DNA from: Nymphaea colorata | Taxonomy: Eukaryota | Assembly (NCBI RefSeq): GCF_008831285.2 | Contig: NC_045138.2 | Location: 19,840,001-19,904,000 of the forward strand | Direction: 5' to 3' | Length of the DNA: 64,000 nt | Shown: positions 9,820-22,459 of the stretch, in pieces | How the letters are laid out: each line of letters starts with the position of its first letter | Numbering within the stretch: position 1 is the first letter of the stretch | Notes under the pieces: generated by a model | What the model was told of the DNA's origin: nothing | The model's input: only the letters and a program-made list of their open reading frames with translations | The model's database searches: none | Translations under genes and position numbers: made by a program

Positions 9820-11215
9820 TTACTCCCAATATTTGTTAATACATCAGCAAGTTGTCGTCTACAATTAATGTGTTGGACTCAAATGAATAAGTGTTGTATT
9901 TTCTCTCTTACAAAGTAACAATGCACTTCGATATGTTTAGTTCTTTCATGAAACACAGGGTTATTACTGATGTAATCCTCAGTGATTCACACATTGTTAG
10001 TGCCAGTGACCTGTACTCGATCTTTGCACTTGTGCTAGCACTGTTTATTTCTTGTACCAACAATATCCAATAGTGGATCGGCGATCATTCGGGTTGTTTA
10101 CGCAATCTGCATATGCACATCCATGTATCTGTAAGTTGTTCCTTATTTTGAACAAGATTCCTTTACCTGGAGTTTTCTTCAAGCATCTTAAAATTCTATT
10201 TGTTGCCTCCAAGTGTGGTTTTCTTGAACAGTACATAAAATGACTTAATAGATTCAATGAATTGGTAATATCTGGTCTAGTAGTTGTTAAGTATACATGC
10301 TTACCAACCAGTCTTTGGAAGCATCCTCTTTCTGCTACAGGTTCACCTTCTAGCAATATAGTTTCAGATTTAATTCCATAGGCATATCAACTACTCTAGC
10401 ATTTAATATTAATGTCTCCTTAAGCAAGTCTCATACATGCATTCTTTGGCAACAAGCAATCATTATTTTGAGTGTGAAACTTCCATGCCTAAAAATAGTG
10501 TAATGTACCTAGGCATTTGGTCTCCAAGTATATTTTTTTTTTTCAATACTTCATTTGTTTTGTCAATAAAATTTGTATCCTCAGTCAACAGTAGATCATC
10601 CATACAAACAACTATAATTGTTTGTGAATGTTGAATTATATGCAATTTCGAGCTCTATACAAGTCTCTTCATGATAATCTATTGCTTGGACCTATGTATG
10701 CCTTTTGGCTACAAACCTTGCCTTGTAGCACCTATTTCTGTTGGATAGTGGCCAAGAGCCCTACCCATTCATCTCTTAACTGCAAGGGAGCCCACTTGCA
10801 GTTACGAACTTTAATTCTCTCCTAAAATCTCTCACTCGCTGTAACTGTCCGCTGGGCTAAGGAAAAACCTATGAGGCGGCATTATATATACCCAGCTATT
10901 CTTTGATCTAGCGTGGAATCGATCGATTTCTCTAGACGGTGCCTCATAGAAGGAAACCCGTAATATCTCTCTTCTTCCTATTCTCTATCTGTTTCAGGTG
11001 CCATTTTCTTGAGCGAGATGCCAGATGAGAAGCTACTGTGCAAAAACGAAGGACTGAACATAGGTGATGTTCCACTGCATTTTATCCAACAACTTCTTCA
11101 TTGTTGTTATACTTTGTTCTATAAGTCCATCTGCAGCTACCAGCTTTTTCCATTCTAGCAACTTGACCAAGTCTCATGTTTTATTTTTGTCAAGAGTTGT
11201 TAACTCTGTCTCACC
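9820..11215 (-). mobile_element. Degenerate copia RT/RNase H remnant
   Basis: Frameshifted fragments: CRWTYRTKY, YKARFVAK, VCMDDLLL (YVDD-like), FQRLVGKHVYLTTTRPDIT, LKKTPGKGILF and DRRSTIGYC. Confidence 0.88.
10739..11091. mobile_element. Solo LTR nested in the copia remnant
   Basis: Termini TGTTGGATA...TATCCAACA (9-bp inverted repeat, TG..CA). Flanks ATTTC/ACTTC (4/5 TSD). Internal TATATATA. It splits the RT between the TKYNNNEE and YKARFVAK fragments. Confidence 0.8.
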
Positions 11216-11583
11216 GTAGCCGACGGGTTTTCATCACTCTCCCTCCTCCAATATATATATATATATAATGTGTAGCTACTAGATCCTCATATACCAGATT
11301 AGATGAAAATTGTTTGGGTTGTTGATCTCAAAGAGATTTGATGATGGATATTGAGTTAGACAAGATGAAAATCTAGTCGTACTTTTAAGAGACTAAAATA
11401 CCTCTCAATGGAAGAAACAAATTCATGAGTTTTCTTAATTGAGATTTCTTATTTAAAATACAACCAAGGTTCCATTTTTTTTTAATTTAATATTCATAGT
11501 ATAATCTTCTTAACACCAATAATCAATGGTTCAGATATTCATTCACATAAATTCTGTTGTGTGTGTATATATATATCTCTCTC

Positions 11584-11638
<55 letters not shown>

Positions 11639-12289
11639 TCTCGCCCTTTTTTTTCCACAATCAAAATTGCATATGGACGTCTAAGAAAATACATTCTTTA
11701 TAAGAACACCGCTTTATCCTTTTTATGAACAACTATTTTATCTTTGAGAGATAAATTGATAACTCGTGGTTAACTGGAACATGCACTAAAACTCAAAAAA
11801 TATCAGTTAATTACTTGTTTTGGGTGATGAGGATGCTAGAGGTGAAACGCAAACAATTGAGTCGTAAGAATGGTCCTTTTTATTCCTTCACGTAATCATA
11901 TTCTTCTGAAATGTTCAACTAGTAAAGCATATTGGTACCTTGTTTGGACCAAAATAAAAGTAGGAGAACGATTCCTCTGAAGCATAAATCCCCAAAATAA
12001 TGGGGAATATACAAATCCTTGTGAATGGTTGGTTCATAACACTGTGGTGGGCTGGTGTAGGTAATTGCCGTCAGCGGCCCATATAATTTATTTTTTATTC
12101 TTATATACAGACTGCCAGCTTTTGATGTATTAATAGTGCCTCCAACTATAAATTTTTGGCTCTACCATGAGCAACCTTTTTTTGTCTTTATTTTTTTTTT
12201 AATTGTATGTGTACAGATATAAAGGACAAAACCCTTGAGAAAAAGTTTTTTTTTTCTTTGCAATTTTTATTTTAGGAATGAAATAATCA

Positions 12290-12476
12290 TTGGTTTGCCT
12301 CAATATGCATAGCGTAGCTAATCAGGAGTTATCGGTTATCGGTTTGATTCCTGTCGGTGATATTCTTCTGAAACTACAAACTGTGGGATTGTAATTATAC
12401 GGTACTTTAACGAGGTCCCATACACAGCCAAAGAGGGAAATTGAGGGAGGCTTCAAGTTTTTTTTTCTTTTTTTTA
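12290..12476 (+). mobile_element. Possible degenerate tRNA-derived SINE
   Basis: B-box-like GGTTTGATTCC at ~12341, ~185 bp long, T-rich tail. No clear TSD. Confidence 0.3.
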
Positions 12477-12926
12477 GGTAGTTAGTTGTTAACCTCCTGC
12501 TCTTTCATAAACAACTATTTATTTACTTGTATTTCTGATTAGCTCCCTAACAATATAGAAGTGAGAGGCAATTAATACTCAATCCAAATGTTGCAACCAT
12601 TAAACTTTGAGACACTTATACATGACATGCATCTGCCAAATATGCAAAGCTTTTGTCAGCAAACATCAAATTTTAAAACTAAGAAAAAAAAAATTAAAAA
12701 CCACCCAATATCTGGCGATTAGCAAATAACTGCTTAACTTTTGAGCCTAACAAATTGGCTATTAAGTTATCCCTATAATTCTCAAATCACTTCTTTCAAA
12801 TATTAAAAAGGGTTAAGTTAGATGAATAATTTATAAAATCACCCCTCTCAATGGCAATATTTCTAAATTTTTTTAAAGACATCAAGGAAAAATTTGTTGT
12901 GAACCTAGGAGTCAGGGTTCATGCAT

Positions 12927-12959
<33 letters not shown>

Positions 12960-13965
12960 AGTAATTTTAAGATTTACTCATTTGAAAGAGGATATCAAAT
13001 CTCAAGGATTTCCAATTATGATTGAGAGACGGAAAAGTCATAGATTCACTACACATCCGGTAAAAGCCAGTATGTATGTGAGCATTAAGAATCAGGGCCT
13101 CGTCCACTACTAAAGGTATCAGTTCTATCTTTTGTCTTACTTTTTCCCTTCAAAAAGTTTGTCATATTTCATTGCCTTAAATGCATGCCATTATGGTGTT
13201 TAGACCAAGGGTCTATACATGTTCAATCATTCTCTACCTATTATGTAACAATTTATGATCATATTTGCCTTTTGGTTCTTTATCAACTAAAATGAAAATT
13301 CTATCTAGTAATGGAAACATGTTAGTTTACAAATATTACTGAACTATTTAAGATGGTACTTCAAAGATTTAGTCTAAAGAATGACCTGTGTTATTTCATT
13401 TGTTTTGATTGAAATTAGAAAAGTTTTGGAGCCGGCCGGTCTTAATATGATTCCAGAAGGAAAATTCCCACAATCATAATCCCTCCTTAATTTTTTGGAA
13501 CAGTACGTTACACAGTTTCATGAAACTGCCTCAATTTTTGGAACAATTTTACGAGACAATAACAATTTGTTACAGTTACCCAACGGGCCTTTTGGTGTAT
13601 AAATGTAACAACATTCCAATAAGTTTGCTTTTAATCTAAAAACTTCGAGTAAAGTGCATGAAAGCAATTTAGCAGTGAACATGGCTTTCCTTCAATTAGA
13701 AATCAGACACCATTCGCCAACGTTGTTAATTTTATTCCATATCGCTGATACATAATTGGTGTAGATTCTTTATTCTTTTAATCACTGAAAATATTTTGAA
13801 TTATTTTTTAATTAAACAAGGGGAAAATATTAACCATAAAAATATAACATTCTCTCAACAATGGCATCTCATAAAAATAGGACTCCAAAAACATCTATTT
13901 AGGTTGTTTGGTTGACAATTTTTTATTGTAGAAAATTCACCCAAACAAGGTCTCAAACATGAACA

Positions 13966-14025
<60 letters not shown>

Positions 14026-15264
14026 AAGCAAACATTTGTAGTGGAGCCAAAGAAAATATCTCACGCGTTGCTTAAAGAATCAACTGTCAGAGGCATGGTA
14101 GCCATGTAAATGGATAGCATCTCGTCAACATGCATCGTTTCCACACACGCAGACCCGTGAAAAGGTGATGGGATAAGAATAATCAAAACTTTTTATAAAG
14201 TTCTTCCACTTTGTTCCATAGCCACATTTTTATATGTAACTGTTTAATTTTCTATCATGAACACCTTCACCTCCATTCAACTATGTATAAAAAGGAAATA
14301 CTAGTTCATGGCATACTGCTAGAGCAAAAAATTCTCCTCTGAAGGGCATCAATATAAAATTTTAAATTTTAGGGACAAAAGATATATATAAAAGTGCAAA
14401 TTGCCGCAGATATGAATATGTAAAATCTTGAAATTTTGTAAGCTGGTGTGGGCAAATGCCCATACAAACCCGCATGTGGTTAGTTGTTATATGATATGCA
14501 CGAAAGTGGCATACCCATTAAACTAAAGTATCCTACATGCATTTGATCAATTACAATTCAAAAAAATAGCGATAATCGAAATCAAACTGAAGACCAGACT
14601 TTCACTAATCTGACCAACTCTACTTGAGGTGAGATTTGACGGCCATATAAAAGTCTTATGCTCAAGTTTGATGCTCTAGCATATGGCTAAACCATTTAAA
14701 TTTGGGTGTAATTTTAGATATATTAAATTTACTATTTTTAAATTTAAAAAATTAGAATTTTATATCAACCAGCATCGTATCGGTAGGAGGCAACAGGATG
14801 CGTATCGGACGAGACGCTCTACTTGTTACGGTACTTCAGTTCAGCGGATTCAAATTGGGTCGGACGAATTGGACCCGATATTTACCCGTTCAAGGGGTGG
14901 TGTCTAGGGCATTATGGTCATTTGTGGAGACATGTCCGTCATTTCATGGAATGACGCGCACTGCCCTGGTCAATTCGCCCCTATAAATTGGAGACCGCAC
15001 CTGATTCCCCACTCTCGAAATCTGGGGCTCGCGGGGAGCCTTCCTGGGAAAAGTGGGGTGGGAGAGAGCGGGGCTATCAAATCTTCGGCAACGGGGGAGG
15101 TTTTCCCGTCCAGTCTCAGATTGGTTTCTCTCCTTTCTTCCCCATACAAAAGGAATCGTCTGAGATTTCAGGTCTGCTCATCTGGGGGATAAGGAGCAGT
15201 TGTTTTTTTCCGTTTGTTCCTGGGTTAGGTTAAAAGAAGGGAGAAAAAAGGAAAGCGGAAAAGG

Positions 15265-18200
15265 ATGTCGACTCCTGCGAGGAAGAGACTGATGAGGGAT
15301 TTCAAGCGGTTGCAGCAGGATCCTCCTGCGGGAATCAGCGGCGCCCCACAGGACAACAACATCATGCTGTGGAACGCTGTGATTTTCGGGTACATTTTCA
15401 CGCCTTTTTAAAGTTTTCTGTTTCAATTTTTAGTTAAAATTTGGGTCGATTCGTGATTCTTTTGGCCTCGTGGTTTTGGTTGCAGCCCTGATGATACTCC
15501 TTGGGATGGTGGTGAGCGTTCTTCCTTGTTTTGTTTTGTTTTTTCTTTTCCGCTCATTACTCTGGAATTGAGATGGATGTTTGCTTTCCCTTTTTATTTA
15601 TTGGGGGGTGGGGGGGAGGGAAGGGGTAGGGCCTTCGTATCTCCTGAAGGTTTCCATTTTCTGGGGTCTGATTGTTGTTGGTGTGGATATTCTCGTTATT
15701 TTATTTTTCGATAATATATTAGCTCATATGCCCCTCAGAACCTTTTTTTGTGTTGATGTTCAACAGAATCAGTTACTTGGTGGTTGTAGAGGGATTTGAG
15801 GACTGGAATGCTGCTTTCGGTGGCTTAGTCTCTTGCTCAATAATTGTTAGGAGTTATTATGTTTCTCCATCATTTACTTTCTTCGTGCCGATGACTTGTC
15901 TTAGTGGTTCCAACTTTTGCTGTTCTTGTTGTTTTCTTGATTGTTGTTAATCGACATCTGGCTTCTATATCGTCCTGATGCTCTCTGTTGTTCGGAAGAA
16001 ATATTTACTTGATGCTTGTCTTAGGCTTATGCATGCTGATGTTTGTAGCTTCTATAGAATTCGGTGGTTTCTTCTAACTTTATGATCGTCTACAACTATG
16101 TTGCTTATGCTTCTCTGTGTCATGTACAAGTCATTTTCTTTATAATCTCTAGTCAGGGCACCTTGGATCCTAGTTTTCCTGCAAGAGTTCTATAACTTAA
16201 CTTTCCTTTAACATATTGTGCTACCTTCGTTTTTTCTTTGCTCCTTGCTCCTTCTCTCTCATTTGTCATATTTTTTTCTTGGTAAACGGTGGACTTCACA
16301 TTATATGGGTTCAATTTTCAAAACTCAGTGTGAACCTTTAGTGATGATAGCATATATGCTTGAAATTCTAACTTTTGGTGAATCCTTTCGTGGTTCTTGA
16401 GGAAGCCTTATCAATTTTGGTAACTTGTATATTTATGATGGTCACATTGGTTAATTTGTCAACCCCTTGATTTACGGTTGGGCTAATCTTCATTTGGTTA
16501 TGTTCTTATTTGATGCAAAGAACAATTAAACTTTGTTGAAAATTAACTCTTTTGCCGCAGAAACATTGTTAAATTAAAGCAAAATGCCTGCTGTTTTGTA
16601 GTCTATAGCTTTATACATGAAGAGTACTAAATGATCCGGATGTTTGTTGCATAGTCACAAATAACGTTTTGGAGTTTTAAACGACGAGGTTTTTCTTGGG
16701 TATAATACGGCGAGATTGAAAAAAATGAAAAAAAAAGGAAGAATACGGTCAACTTTTAAAAAATTTTAAAAACTCCTAAGAATGAGGAAAAAACAAAAGA
16801 AATGAGACAACATTAAAAAAGGACATAACGTAACATCATAAATCTCATTTCATCTTAAAAAAATCATACTTCATAAATGATAAAATCATAAAAGTAAGAC
16901 AAAGACAACTGAAAGTAAGGCCTTATCTAAATAGCTATGCACAACAACATACTATTCTCCAAACATTGATTCACACGTCTATAAAGTATGAACTATGAAT
17001 TATTATTAAGTTATAGTGTTATACTATATTAACCCCTTCTATAGAATCAAAACATCAAACTAAAAAACCAGTCTTCAGCAGAAGAGCTATGCACAAAATA
17101 TGGATTTCACAGAAATAAAAAAATTAGAAATACACATAACGCAATAACTATTCCAAGACAGAAAATCCATAAACAAAAACCAAAGAGTTTCTAACGGACA
17201 GAGTTTCTGATGGACAGAGTGCGTAGCTAAAAGCCTTAAAAAAACCAAAACGACCAACAAAAAGCCAACACACAATAAACTAAAAAATTCATTACAAATA
17301 GACTAAAAAATTCAATGCAAATAGACTGAAAAATCCATTGTTTGTAATCAAATCCTACTGCTGTTGCTTGCTTGCTGGTCGGAGGTCTGCTGGGTGCTGG
17401 AAAACACACCCTTCCAGTGGCAAGTACCACCATTGTGGCTGCGGCTTGCCAGAAATGCCCAAGGGATAAAAGCCGGTGAGTTTTTTCGTCGGAAAGGCTT
17501 GCTAGAAGTCAGAAATTTACCTAACCTAAAATGCCGATGAGTTTTCACCCTTTCTTCGTCGACTGATTTCCTCTTTGTCGATGAATGTTTTTTAACTTTT
17601 AAATTTTATTAAGTTTATTCCGCATCTACCATTAATTTTTTTTCAAAAATTACAAATGATGCCACCGTCTGCCCATAAAGAAAAAAGGCGTTTTTTGCGA
17701 CCGTTTATTAAAAAAAAACACATTTTTTGGCGTTTTTTTTCTACAAACCAAATCTCATTTTTTTACTCGTCTTTTTTTTTGAAAATATTGCATTTTTTGT
17801 GACTATGGACTTTCTTGTCAAGTAGTATCTCGATCATCTTGTTGACAAGCCTACGGTCATCGAATTTGACTGTGAAACTCCATTAGAACCCTTCTTCAAA
17901 CACCTTTGACATCTGATGCGGCACCCAAACTTACACCACAACCAAGGAGTGTCGTCATTGGTTTGCTCACCACCCGGTGGTCCTTTGAAGAAAACGTAAT
18001 AGCTCACTGGTCTAGCTCCATGGCACTGAAAATGTATCAGGTTTAGGTGATTCACCAAAGCAATGAGACCTTGGAAGCTTTCCCGGTCCTCTAATGAAAC
18101 TATTTGATTAGGCCCCCCTCACTTTTCTGAAAAGTGGAAATTGGAAAAGTGATGCCTGAACCCCTAACCTCTCCTTCTTTCTTCAACATAAATGAGTCCG

Positions 18201-19166
18201 AATCTAAGTTGAAGTATTTTCTTGGCCTTCATATTTATGCTCCTCTTTCCCATGAAAAGAAGAAGAAACATGTTAAAGTACTTTGTTTTTTTCATGGATG
18301 AGCAGCTTTATCAATCACACTATTGTTTTTTTACCTTTTGCACTGGTTCAATTGGTAGATAACGGATACCTCTTTTCCTCTTGAAAATGAATCAACATTT
18401 GTTGTCTAACTAATTCTGTGGGCTTTCCCAGGCACGTTTAAGCTAACCCTCCAGTTCACAGAGGACTATCCCAATAAACCTCCAACTGTGCGGTTCGTCT
18501 CTCGAATGTTTCATCCAAATAGTAAGTTCAAAATAACCTTCAATTTGTGGTGCATTTGGAGGCATACCCTTTGTATAAATGTTTTTTTTGGATGATGTGT
18601 GCATTATTTGGTGTTTGTTAGCTAATGCCTTGTCTTTCTTTTTGGAATGTGGTACCAATAGTCTATGCAGATGGAAGCATCTGCTTGGACATTTTGCAGA
18701 ATCAGTGGAGTCCCATCTACGATGTGGCAGCAATTCTCACATCTATCCAGGTATGAGTTTCTTGAATGGTGTTATTCATTATATTCATATTAGAAAATGT
18801 AGAAGTTGGTTGGCTTTTGGAATGGTTTGGCAAATGATTGATTCGTTTTTAGCTCGTTGTCTTGATGTCATTCTGTTGATTTAAAAATTGCTGAATTTGG
18901 TGGCCTTCCGGTGATTGGGCATTTGATTAGTTGTTTTCAGTTTTGCCTCATGTCATTTTATTCATTTTAAAAGTTGCAGGATTTGGTGGTCTTGGGATGA
19001 TTTGGCATTTGATTGATTCATTTTGAACTTGACCTCTTTAGTCTTTGTTCTGAAGCGTCTTGTTTGGAGGAGGTTCTGCATGGAACAAGTAGTTACCTGA
19101 TTCCCGTTAGGATGTAGAGCAGCTTGACATTTTGACTTGACAGTATTGCTCCATAGAGATGAGCCT

Positions 19167-19205
<39 letters not shown>

Positions 19206-20627
19206 AAAATTTAGATATGAATTCACATTTGGCTGAGTGCTCAGCATTGGCCATGAACACTACTTAACTTTAGTTCCTAAAAGGAGGCTGTTGCTTGTTG
19301 GTTCTATTTCTTGTTGAATATGAAGTAATGACCTTGTAAACATGAGCTTGAAGTCTCTTCTTTAGGCACTGCTGCTGGTTCTAGTTTTTCTCAGTATATT
19401 GTTGGTAGAGATATTTATGTCATAATCAATAACATCATTGGTTTCATCATTGCTGTATTCTTGACAGTGAGATTCAAGACTGAAGGCACAATACATTAGA
19501 TGAAAGTATTCAGAAATGGATGTTCTAACATCAAAAATATATTTGGAAATGCTTTTTCAAGACCAAATTTCAAACTGGCAATTGAGATTATATTGGAAAT
19601 CTTTGATGGAAAAAATATCCACGTTGCAGATTTTCAATGAAATGGAGTTTATCTTATTGACCGTTTAACTACATAAGCATCTTTGTAATTTTATAATCAC
19701 ATGTCCACATCTATCCATCATCGTACAATTTATCGTATCTCTTTCCATCTGCCATCTGCCTCTAGCATCATTGCTCTTGCAGCCATCTTCTATGATTTTT
19801 TTTTCATCATTCTTCATGATTATCATCTATTGCATCACAGTCCTCTTCGTGTTAGATTGTCATGTAAGTATTAACATTGCAGTCACATCCTCATTTGTGT
19901 AATGTCACCTTCATTGCCTTCACATTTACAACCACCACCACCATCACCACCACAATAGCTTGATGAATATCATCCTCAGTTCATGTCAATGTAGTTGGCC
20001 CTTGTTTGCATTTTGCATGTCAGGAGCACATTGCTGGCACCATTGTCACTTGGTCATTGTGAATATTTTTGATGTCATAGATCCATCATTATTTTTTTAG
20101 TGATAGCTACAATGACTAAGGCGTTTAAAAATGGTTGCAAGAGTTCTGCGCACCATTTTTTCTGTCCTTTGCATTTTTTATTAGTAGGAGATGAGAAGCA
20201 TGAAAGTGGAAAGATATTGAGGTGAGTTAAATCACCCGGATATTTGAAACACAATCATTTTTCTCTGCCCAAAGAGGAAAAAAAGATCTTGTAAAAGCTA
20301 AAGCCAATGCTAAACCTAAAGCAGAAGCAGCTTTTTATATTAATGATTTTCTTTTTTAAAATTTTTCTTGCTCAAAATGTGTTGCTAGGTGCCTCCAGAC
20401 ATTGTTCGTGGATATCTTTCTGTTAATTTGGCTTTGACTGCAGATTGTCTATGCTCTGTTTAAGATTATAATACTGACTTCATCTTATCTTGGTCCAGTC
20501 TCTTCTTTGCGATCCAAATCCTAACTCACCAGCAAATTCTGAGGCAGCTCGCATGTTCAGCGAGAATAAGCGTGAATACAACAGGAGAGTGCGGGAGATT
20601 GTTGAGCAGAGCTGGACAGCAGATTAA
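15265..20627 (+). CDS. UBC2: Ubiquitin-conjugating enzyme E2, RAD6/UBC1-UBC2 type, 152 aa
   Basis: Exons 15265-15389, 15486-15511, 18432-18521, 18662-18750 and 20499-20627 total 459 nt. Protein [84 protein letters not shown], with the HPN motif and catalytic Cys. UBC1 and UBC2 cannot be distinguished. Confidence 0.97.
16650..17807. mobile_element. Non-autonomous TIR element (hAT-like) in UBC intron 2
   Basis: 12-bp TIR CATAGTCACAAA / TTTGTGACTATG. A-rich left and T-rich right subterminal regions. No ORF and no intact TSD. Confidence 0.7.
17981..18079 (+). pseudogene. rrn26: Fragment of plant mitochondrial 26S rRNA (NUMT) in UBC intron 2
   Basis: CCTTTGAAGAAAACGTAATAGCTCACTGGTCTAGCTCCATGGCACTGAAAATGTATCAGG..GTGATTCACC contains the LSU rRNA core CGTAATAGCTCACTG. 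The flanks resemble the mitochondrial rather than the plastid version, from recall. Confidence 0.75.
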
Positions 20628-22459
20628 ATGTCATTTATACAAAAATTGGAGTGTCTAAAGTAAAAGTTAGCACCTTTTCCAACTTTTACCACTACTATAC
20701 TACAATGGGTCTCTCCAATTATCTTGGCATTTTGTGTATAATATGCGATTTCTGGCTTGTAATGCTCACGTTTGATTTGCTGAAAAATGGATAACACTAT
20801 TCCTATGCTTGGCATAATTGGTCTTGTGGATTCATGTCTGTCTTCTCCTGGACGCCTCATTCTATAGCACATGTTAAAATCTTAGTTTGTTCTTTGAATT
20901 GCTACATATCGCCTGAAAATTATAGGATTTAAGGAGCTGATGTTTTGTATTTCTTAAATGTCTACTTAATGAGCTTATTGCTAACAAGAGGTTTGTATAC
21001 CTAGCTAGGTGAATTCGTTGGGACATTCAAACTGAAGGAAGTTGCATGCACACAGGTGCCTATTTTGGACCTCGTGTTATCTGTTACGAATCTGCTTATC
21101 TGAAGCTTGTAACGGAAAACGAAGAAATAATTCATTTTCTAGTTTTGGTGATTGCTGTTTTATCTACGTACGACAGAGTTAATCATTATGAACTTGAATT
21201 ATTTGCCTTTTCTTGTGGGCCTAATTACTTTTGACTTAGTTTTATGGAACAGCAGAACCGAGGCGAGGATAAGATACCAAGAGGAGGCAATAACAACTAG
21301 CCGTTGAATATGTAAAGTAGAGAAGATAGCTTCTAACGGCTCCTTTTTCTTCCCCCACTTTTGACTTTTCCCAAAACCTAGGGACCAGAATCCTGAGGCT
21401 GTTGCGAGTGGCTTGCAGCCTTTTACCTGGGATTCCATAAGTGAATGAAGCAATGAATGGACGTAGAAGAAAGATATGCGTCGAGAAATTCGAGAAAGAA
21501 TTCCCTAAGTCGGAGAACTGAAGAAGGTCGGTAGTCCCATTACTGGAAAAATTATTGTGCTGGTTAGATTGAGTGAAGGCCTTTAAATTAAAGGAGTGCA
21601 GGCGTTCCAAAGCTGGGACGCATTCGCTAGCAGGCTTGGGTCTACTGGCTTTTCGGTGTCAGGTTGAATACCTTGAGTCAAATTTCGACCCTGGTACAAC
21701 CATTGAAAAAAACCCTACCATTTTTAGGGTTGCTTATGAAACGGTTGCCAACTTGTAGGTTATTAATATTATATTAATTGTCTGGCTGCCCCTTCTGTCT
21801 CAAAACGGCTGCCCTTTTTCCTCTTCAGATTAAGCGACCGCCAGTTAAACCCTCCTCTTGCAGTAACAGTAACCACTTAAACCCTCCACTTGTTGGAATC
21901 ATTGGTTAAAATAAAAAATGGGCAGCCCTTGGTGCTGGAGTTTTTTTGTCCACATAACGAAAACAACTAAAATGCTAGACGCCACCTATGTAGGTATCTG
22001 ATTCTTTTCCCCGTGAAACTGCTAATATTTAGTCATTTTCTGTGAAACATAAGCGAAAAGCTTTGTTGTTCCATCAATTGAGAGAGCATCGCTGATCCCA
22101 AGGTAAATCAAGCGTGCTTTTCCCTGTGAAATGGTGAAAAACTAGAAAGAGTAGAAAAGAAAACCAATTACTGTGATTTTAGAAATTGTAACCTCAAAGA
22201 AGGAACTTTTAGCCACAAACTGGGCCCCTTAAGCAAATGGGGATCAGCTGGCAATTTTAGAGGTTGCAATATTCTCAAGACGCTTCTCTCACAAACTAAC
22301 ATCGAGTAGAAAACATACAGTACTACTATTCCAGATCTTCAATTCGATACAGAAGTCACCCGTGCGTGATAACAATCTAAGATTATTGAATATAGACGAC
22401 ACATGACGAAAAAACTTGCGGTTGCGGGACTCCAAATCTGCAGGAACTAGTATATCCAG

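Noticed and set aside
15172..15228. Possible 5'UTR intron of UBC
   Set aside because: The GT..AG span is only 57 nt, which is short for a plant intron, and needs transcript evidence.
21240..21760. Possible second organellar insertion or small ORFs between UBC and the RLK
   Set aside because: The composition is suggestive, but I recognise no organellar gene or motif.
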